IMG/VR virus record: IMGVR_UViG_3300046170_000042
Span: 1-54,245 of that record
From: a virus
Taxonomy: Duplodnaviria > Caudoviricetes
Length of the DNA stretch: 54,245 nt
Direction: 5' to 3' (one strand)
Shown: in pieces, positions 48,723 through 54,245 of the stretch
Position numbering within the stretch: the stretch's first letter is position 1
Layout of the letters: each line of letters opens with the position of its first letter
The notes under the pieces: generated by a model
The model's input: the letters and a program-made list of their open reading frames with translations, nothing else
Database searches by the model: none
What the model was told of the DNA's origin: nothing
Translations under genes and position numbers: made by a program

Positions 48723-49581
48723 GCTTTCCTCTCAATTCGTATAGTTGTATTGCTGTTTTAAATATCTCATCATACCATTGTAGATTATCTCTAAAATGTT
48801 TTGGTATATTTTCGATACCGTACCAAGCACCTGCAATCATACCTGCAACAGCACCTGTTGTATCAGTATCGTGACCTAGATTAACTGCTTCTATAACACA
48901 GTCCTCAAATGTTTTGGTATTTAGAAAGCACCACCATGCAGCTTGGAAGGTTTCTTTTACGTATCCACCAGACATAACGTCTTCTCGTGGTGTATTCTTA
49001 GGTAATCGATACTTATCATTAGCTCTTCTATGAAAGCCAAACCATATTTCTTCTGCTAATAATCTAGCATACCTGATACATTCAGGTGAAGCATGGGTAA
49101 GCATGGTAGAACACACTGCATACTCAACAGCCTGACATAAACTATCTGCCACAATTATAGCAGGTGCTAGACGCATGATGCCACCATTGCCAGATGAATC
49201 AGAACTATTTAAACCTACGTAAGGGTTGTCTTTTTTACCTAGTGCTTCGTAGTGACGCAACGCTTTTACTGTAGTCATTCCAATATCAAAGCACACTCCT
49301 CTTGGTATATATTCTCCTTCGTTTTTCCAAGCAACAAAGTTGTCCATAATATCTGATGCATTGAATGCACCCTTATTTTTTATAAGGGCATCTGCCATTG
49401 CCATTGCCATAGCTGTGTCATCTGTCCACTCTCCTATGGTGACACCATGAGTGCCACCAGTTGTATATTCTCTTACGTAGTTATCCTCATCCCTTCTGGG
49501 TCTGAACTCAAGGGGTGCGCCTAAAGCGTCACCCACTGCAAGTCCTACAAGCATACCTACTGATTTGCTTCTATCTAACAT
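48706..49581 (-). CDS. ADP-ribosylglycohydrolase (DraG/ARH family)
   Basis: GLAVGDALG, WTDDTAM, CFDIG, SGNGGIMR, TH, GHDTDTTGAVAG: all metal-binding motifs intact. Confidence 0.95.
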   Translation of the reverse strand: MLDRSKSVGMLVGLAVGDALGAPLEFRPRRDEDNYVREYTTGGTHGVTIGEWTDDTAMAMAMADALIKNKGAFNASDIMDNFVAWKNEGEYIPRGVCFDIGMTTVKALRHYEALGKKDNPYVGLNSSDSSGNGGIMRLAPAIIVADSLCQAVEYAVCSTMLTHASPECIRYARLLAEEIWFGFHRRANDKYRLPKNTPREDVMSGGYVKETFQAAWWCFLNTKTFEDCVIEAVNLGHDTDTTGAVAGMIAGAWYGIENIPKHFRDNLQWYDEIFKTAIQLYELRGKHDKLT

Positions 49582-50429
49582 TAAGCTACTAACTCCTTAA
49601 AATATTTGCTTTCTGTCCATTGTAGAACCTCATGCTCTCGCTTGAACATAGACTCTGATGCTGTATCGTTGCCTGTGTTACGTAACTTGAAACCATTGCG
49701 CTCATCTGCATAGGTTGCATAGTTTGTAAAGGCTGAGTACAATGCCCAACCATTGTGTCCACGTATGGATGTTTCTTGGAAGTACAACTGCATCATCTTC
49801 TCTACTCTTTTATCTGACTTGAATAGCTTTTCAAGCATAGCTTTCACATCACCAGACCATAACGCTTTATTGGCTAGTGTCTGTAGTCTATGCGAATAGT
49901 TATGAAAGGAATGTTCTGAGTTTCTCAAGTCCTGTATGAACCTATCCATGCTAAAGTTAGATGTGTTCTTACGTCTAACCTTGTCATGCTCACCTCGTAT
50001 CTGTCCATTTGTACAGAAGAAATCTATCGCACCAAAGTATGCTTGGTTGGAACAGCTACCATCTATACCACGTAATGCTATGATACGCTGTGCTATAGTA
50101 GTAGAATGTTTTTCTGTTGTGATGTTTGTCTTCACATTTGGTAATGTAATGTCCATCAAAGCCCAAGCATTATTGTGAGAATCTTTCCATGCAATCTCTG
50201 CATCAGCAGTTTGATGAGGTTGAAGTGTATTAACTATCTCCTCTTGCACCTGCGTAAAGAACTTTGCATGTCCTATTGCAGGGAAGTTATCCCCTACTAT
50301 GCCGATGTACTCTCCTGTATTTTTATTGATGACATACTTCTTGCCCTTAAACTTGGTAGGCTCATGCTCTACCTCAAAGTCTAGGTGTTCTGGTATTGGG
50401 TCTAGTGTGTTTGTAAAATCAAGTGGCAT
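49581..50429 (-). CDS. DUF932-like protein
   Basis: IGIVG, GIDGS, DFFCTNG, WALYSAFTNY motifs; AGGAG RBS. Confidence 0.7.
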   Translation of the reverse strand: MPLDFTNTLDPIPEHLDFEVEHEPTKFKGKKYVINKNTGEYIGIVGDNFPAIGHAKFFTQVQEEIVNTLQPHQTADAEIAWKDSHNNAWALMDITLPNVKTNITTEKHSTTIAQRIIALRGIDGSCSNQAYFGAIDFFCTNGQIRGEHDKVRRKNTSNFSMDRFIQDLRNSEHSFHNYSHRLQTLANKALWSGDVKAMLEKLFKSDKRVEKMMQLYFQETSIRGHNGWALYSAFTNYATYADERNGFKLRNTGNDTASESMFKREHEVLQWTESKYFKELVA

Positions 50430-50958
50430 ATTTATTCTCCTTTTCTGCAACTGATATTGTTTTATATAACCATTGTGGCATGTTACGTCCTCTATTGTAT
50501 CGTGCGAATCTTAACTTGTCAACCCTATAAAAGGCACGATATGCTTGTATAGGATAATCTTCTTCTGTCTTTAGTTCATCGTGTCCACTGAAACACTGTG
50601 GGTGTGCTGTCACGTCACCATCTGGTAACAGATGCCGTCCTCTGTACAAAGCGATGCTATGCTTACCTGCACCATGCCACTTGCCATACCTGTGGTGATA
50701 CTCACCTAGCATGGCTGTGTATAGACTGTAAGCCCATCTGTAATTGGCACGATTCTCCATTGCCCACAGGGTGCATGGATGCTTCTGATGTACAGGCTTG
50801 TACAAATCACAGGCTTCTGCATACTCTGGTGCATGATGCCATAGGCTAGTGCATAGCATCTGCGCTTCTTCCAATGGCATCTTGACAACGTGTTGGTCAC
50901 ATAGTGACTTAGCTATATCGTTGACATCTTCTTCTATAATAAATCTATTCATGCTCAT
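50419..50958 (-). CDS. Pyrimidine-dimer DNA glycosylase-like family protein
   Basis: CDQHVVKMPLEEAQML...HQKHPCTLWA...EY..RYGKWH...AYR.FY. Confidence 0.65.
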   Translation of the reverse strand: MSMNRFIIEEDVNDIAKSLCDQHVVKMPLEEAQMLCTSLWHHAPEYAEACDLYKPVHQKHPCTLWAMENRANYRWAYSLYTAMLGEYHHRYGKWHGAGKHSIALYRGRHLLPDGDVTAHPQCFSGHDELKTEEDYPIQAYRAFYRVDKLRFARYNRGRNMPQWLYKTISVAEKENKYAT

Positions 50959-51115
50959 TCTCCTGCATAAACTCATTAAGCGTATCTTCATCCGCATCTT
51001 GTGTGTAGAATTTATACATCTCATCATATGCAAAACGCAATAGTGTTTTCATATCCCAATCATCCACATATTTCATGCAAGCATTGGCTATCTGGTCATC
51101 TGTATATCTATTCAT
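50945..51115 (-). CDS. Small acidic hypothetical protein
   Basis: MNRYTDDQ...VDDWDMKTL...EHE*; flanked by direct repeats. Confidence 0.6.
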   Translation of the reverse strand: MNRYTDDQIANACMKYVDDWDMKTLLRFAYDEMYKFYTQDADEDTLNEFMQENEHE

Positions 51116-51389
51116 GCTCACCTCCTGCACCTCTGCCAAGTCCACCAAAATACTGTGGCTTACGCTTGGCTGTTTGAAACACACCGACAGTAATAAACAC
51201 TCCTGCCAGTAATAGTGTATGTGCTATGGCACTGATGCCAAATGCTACGATAGAGCCTAATGACATACTGAATATGATACACCACATCCACGCTAATACC
51301 TGCATTATCATATGCCTTGTGTTGATATCAGGTATGTTAGACAATGGATTCTTTGCATCATCCATAATCATATTATATAACTTTAGCAT
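51108..51389 (-). CDS. Two-TM membrane protein
   Basis: NPLSNIPD..TRHMIMQVLAWMWCIIF...GGEHE. Confidence 0.75.
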   Translation of the reverse strand: MLKLYNMIMDDAKNPLSNIPDINTRHMIMQVLAWMWCIIFSMSLGSIVAFGISAIAHTLLLAGVFITVGVFQTAKRKPQYFGGLGRGAGGEHE

Positions 51390-51538
51390 TCACATATTCC
51401 TTTCTTTAATAACTCTATCACAACTATGTATGCACCACAAGCAAACACAAACATTATAGCAAAGCGTAACACATTATCCATGCTTGGGTCTTGCATCTCA
51501 TCCTTGTTCATCCAGAATGTAAGTATCTTTTTAATCAT
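51383..51538 (-). CDS. 51-aa membrane peptide (absent from the ORF track)
   Basis: MIKKILTFW...FAIMFVFACGAYIVVIELLKKGICEC*; GGAG upstream. Confidence 0.5.
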   Translation of the reverse strand: MIKKILTFWMNKDEMQDPSMDNVLRFAIMFVFACGAYIVVIELLKKGICEC

Positions 51539-51665
51539 TAGGTTTCTCCATCAATACTGCATGGCTACCATGATGTGCGTGTAGCTGTTGTATAACTACC
51601 CACCCCATAAGTTTGTATGCTTCTATGTCGTAGTGTGATACGTATCTATACACTCTCATCTTCAT
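51531..51665 (-). CDS. 44-aa His-rich hypothetical peptide (absent from the ORF track)
   Basis: MKMRVYRYVSHYDIEAYKLMGWVVIQQLHAHHGSHAVLMEKPND*. Confidence 0.5.
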   Translation of the reverse strand: MKMRVYRYVSHYDIEAYKLMGWVVIQQLHAHHGSHAVLMEKPND

Positions 51666-52753
51666 CATTTGATTCCTTTCAATATGTGTGCTATCACGTC
51701 AACTGTAAAGCCATTGCCTAACATCTTGTATCGTTGCGTGTTGGACACATGATTGGTGTAGTTGTCGGGTAATGTCTGCAATCTCTCGCACTCAAGTGGT
51801 GTTAGCTTACGCCATTGTAACTCTGATATATCTACTGCCACGTTATCTTTCTGTACTGTGGTCAAGCTATTGGTCTTGCCATCCATGCGTACTTCCAGAC
51901 GTTGCTCTGTCATACCTGCCACCTTGTGCTTGTGGTCTTGTCTGATACCATCGACTGTGTACCTGCCTCGCCATGCACCACACAATATCTTGGGTTCATG
52001 GTTGCCCCCTGTACCTGTCGTTAGCGTAGGTGCTTTACCTAGTGGGTGATAAACACGCTTGATGCTATCGTTACCATTGAGGTCAGCGTCTGCAACATGA
52101 CATAAGCCATCACTACTAAACACTAACTGTCTGCGGTGCTTGGTAAAGTATGTCTTGAGATTGCCACCCTTGAAGTAGTTGGCATCAAGGCAATGTGACT
52201 TCTCTCTATCAGCAAAGCCATACTCAAGTATATCCTGTAGCACAAGCCCTTTGTCATCTGGCTGTGTGACATTGGGTATGTTTGTCCAATACAAACGCTG
52301 TCGGTTCTGTGCAGACATAAGCCTACTGTTGATAGCGATAGGCTTGACACCTAGTGCATCAGATATCACGTCCTGATACTCCTGTTTCATACGTACATTC
52401 TCAAGCAAGAAATACTTAGGCTTGAGTTTGCGTAACACTCTGACATACTCCCAGAATAATTTACTACGTGGGTCATCAAAGTTTAACTGCTTACCTGCAA
52501 AGCTAAACCCCTGACATGGTGAGCCACCTACAAGCAGGTCAATCTTACCTTGTGGTGCGACTGCATTTAGCCAGTTGGCAAAAGCCCTACTTGTAATGTC
52601 ACCCATCTGTACAATGTCAGGATAGTTTGCCATTGCTACCTTGATAGCATACTTATCTATCTCTGACGCATAATACTTAGTAACGGGTATGCCTAGTCTG
52701 TCTAAGGCAACACGAGTACAAGCACTCCCATCAAATAAACTTAGTACATTCAT
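51665..52753 (-). CDS. C5 cytosine DNA methyltransferase (orphan)
   Basis: SLFDG, GGSPCQGFS, LLENV, QNRQRLYW, LTPLECERLQ, GNGF. Confidence 0.93.
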   Translation of the reverse strand: MNVLSLFDGSACTRVALDRLGIPVTKYYASEIDKYAIKVAMANYPDIVQMGDITSRAFANWLNAVAPQGKIDLLVGGSPCQGFSFAGKQLNFDDPRSKLFWEYVRVLRKLKPKYFLLENVRMKQEYQDVISDALGVKPIAINSRLMSAQNRQRLYWTNIPNVTQPDDKGLVLQDILEYGFADREKSHCLDANYFKGGNLKTYFTKHRRQLVFSSDGLCHVADADLNGNDSIKRVYHPLGKAPTLTTGTGGNHEPKILCGAWRGRYTVDGIRQDHKHKVAGMTEQRLEVRMDGKTNSLTTVQKDNVAVDISELQWRKLTPLECERLQTLPDNYTNHVSNTQRYKMLGNGFTVDVIAHILKGIK

Positions 52754-52754
52754 A

Positions 52755-53177
52755 TCAATACTCCCATCTGTAGAAAACGTGGTCATCTATTCGTACCACA
52801 TACTGTTTTGATTCTGCCCATTCTGGCATGACATATGTAGCATGGTAGTGTGTTGCACCCTCAACAAAGTCATCTAGGTGTCCAAGCAACACACCCCCTG
52901 CCACTAGCTTAGACATCTCCCATGCCTCTGCATCACGTGGCTTGTCACTCTTGCCGTCACAGTACCATGAGAAGTGACACCTATTCCTTATAGGTACATC
53001 AGGCTTCCATGAGTACGTCTGTCCTTGTGTAACTACCTCACACACATCATTAGGAAAGCGGTTATCCTTTACACGATTCATCACAACTTGTGCCACTGCC
53101 ACTTGCCCAATAAAAGATTGGTTACGTGCTTCATGGTACACATTCATAGCAAGGCATAGAAAAACAGTTTCTAACAT
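52755..53177 (-). CDS. SleB-like cell wall hydrolase (Hydrolase_2)
   Basis: CLAMNVYHEAR...AVAQVVMNRV...FSW...GATHYH...HVFY. Confidence 0.9.
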   Translation of the reverse strand: MLETVFLCLAMNVYHEARNQSFIGQVAVAQVVMNRVKDNRFPNDVCEVVTQGQTYSWKPDVPIRNRCHFSWYCDGKSDKPRDAEAWEMSKLVAGGVLLGHLDDFVEGATHYHATYVMPEWAESKQYVVRIDDHVFYRWEY

Positions 53178-53311
53178 AGGTCTAGCTCCTTCTGTGTTGG
53201 TTCTTTTTTCTTTCTGTCATAGCTACCCTTACCCTTCTTGGGTGGCACTACGCTTGCCCTTCTCCTGTTCTGTAGCATGGCTTTTGCTATTGGATTAATC
53301 CTTCGTATCAT
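53171..53311 (-). CDS. Small basic peptide with KKGKGSY motif (ArfA-like)
   Basis: MIRRINPIAKAMLQNRRRASVVPPKKGKGSYDRKK. Confidence 0.6.
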   Translation of the reverse strand: MIRRINPIAKAMLQNRRRASVVPPKKGKGSYDRKKKEPTQKELDLC

Positions 53312-53498
53312 ATCCAAAATCCTGTTTAAAATTTTCATACAAATCCATCCATGCTTGTTGCATATAATCATCAAAAACGTGTTGACGTTCCATTACATAG
53401 TCAGCAAACTCTTTTTTCTCTGACCTTTCCATATATGGGTTCACTCTGTTGGAACATTCTTGTCTAACAATTTCTATATGGTCAATTTCGTAAGTCAT
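53295..53498 (-). CDS. Hypothetical protein
   Basis: 67-aa ORF with AGGAG RBS. Confidence 0.6.
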   Translation of the reverse strand: MTYEIDHIEIVRQECSNRVNPYMERSEKKEFADYVMERQHVFDDYMQQAWMDLYENFKQDFGYDTKD

Positions 53499-53724
53499 GG
53501 TGTTTCTCCTGTATGATAAAGGGCAAGGGGTGACAGTTTTATCTACGAATAGGTAGAACCAGTGCCACCCCTCTGGAAAGCTGTATGATATCTTTATTCA
53601 AGACCAACAACCTTCGTAATTATGTGACGGTTTTCTCGTGAAGCCACCGTCAAAGCTACCTACGTTTTATTTATAGTCGTGTATAGGCTTAACCATGTTT
53701 ATACTCATTCGACTTGGGGAAACC

Positions 53725-54245
53725 CTATGCGTCAATCACAAAGCCTGACGTGTCATGCTTCGCTTTGCCTTTTGCTTTTAGTCCTACTACTACACCTTTA
53801 GGGTCAAGGAATCTCAAATCGTCTGCATCCCCATTGATAACACGCAACCCTCTGAATGTTTTGGGTAGCTTGTCTCTGAATACTACAGCCATGTTGACAC
53901 CTGTGTCAAGTACAGCTTGATATACTTGTTCTGCATAGTCCTTGTCTGCTTCGCTGTAGGATAACGTCAAGTGATAATTCTTGGGTAGCTTGGCATACGC
54001 ACGTTTTACAATCTTGGTATAATCGTAAAACTGTATCTCTGGAAATCGTTCCATGATACCTGTCTTTTCATACTGAATATCGCTAGTGCCATTCAGTCTG
54101 ATACATGGCTTGACATCACGCTTAGTGTTGCGTGTGCTAAAGCGTGTCAAGTCCTTGTACAATGCGTCCATGAAACCTATCTTGTCGGATAGGTAAAGCA
54201 TAGTCTTGCGCTTGCGTCCACGCTGTACTACACCCATCTGTCCAC
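53725..54245 (-). CDS. Gp88-like phage protein, 5' end truncated by the window
   Basis: IRLNGTSDI, FYDYTK, NYHLTLS, GDADDLRFLD, VGLKAKG. Confidence 0.75.
   Translation of the reverse strand, partial: GQMGVVQRGRKRKTMLYLSDKIGFMDALYKDLTRFSTRNTKRDVKPCIRLNGTSDIQYEKTGIMERFPEIQFYDYTKIVKRAYAKLPKNYHLTLSYSEADKDYAEQVYQAVLDTGVNMAVVFRDKLPKTFRGLRVINGDADDLRFLDPKGVVVGLKAKGKAKHDTSGFVIDA

Larger units (their letters stand above)
1..54245. mobile_element. Near-complete tailed phage genome, HMO-2011-type podovirus-like; encodes an integrase, so possibly temperate
   Basis: Complete head, tail and packaging module on + strand and replication module on - strand; PolA with DnaJ-type Zn finger; no host housekeeping genes. 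Confidence 0.9.

Noticed and set aside
1-54245. tRNA, rRNA, intein or phage RNA polymerase genes
   Set aside because: None recognised by eye; tRNAscan-SE and cmscan were not run

Overview
The window is a near-complete genome of a marine podovirus-like dsDNA phage, most consistent with the HMO-2011-type group that infects Alphaproteobacteria (SAR116/Roseobacter). The assignment rests on a family A DNA polymerase carrying a DnaJ-like CxxCxGxG zinc finger, plus a primase, helicase, tyrosine integrase, class II RNR and MazG, with no phage RNA polymerase seen. There are two convergent arms that meet at a bidirectional terminator near 37.0 kb. The + strand (0.7-37 kb) encodes many small basic proteins, lysis genes, terminase, portal, scaffold, capsid, fibres, tail and ejection proteins. 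The - strand (54-37 kb) encodes early genes, integrase, replication and nucleotide metabolism. Several essential genes (portal, nrdJ, endonuclease, exonuclease, helicase) are frameshifted, most likely through sequencing or assembly error. Best leads: (1) a shared [FMY]xxGG[LVM] peptide tag, 13 copies in 6 late proteins, next to a tape-measure-like 'LSEGEFV' domain protein at the head-maturation gene position; (2) a candidate virion-delivered ADP-ribosyltransferase paired with an early ADP-ribosylglycohydrolase; (3) structured leaders and a recurrent TTGACA-N16-TAHAACTA promoter motif; (4) strong GATC avoidance broken only in a 41-48 kb block. All family calls come from motif recognition by eye, with no database searches run.
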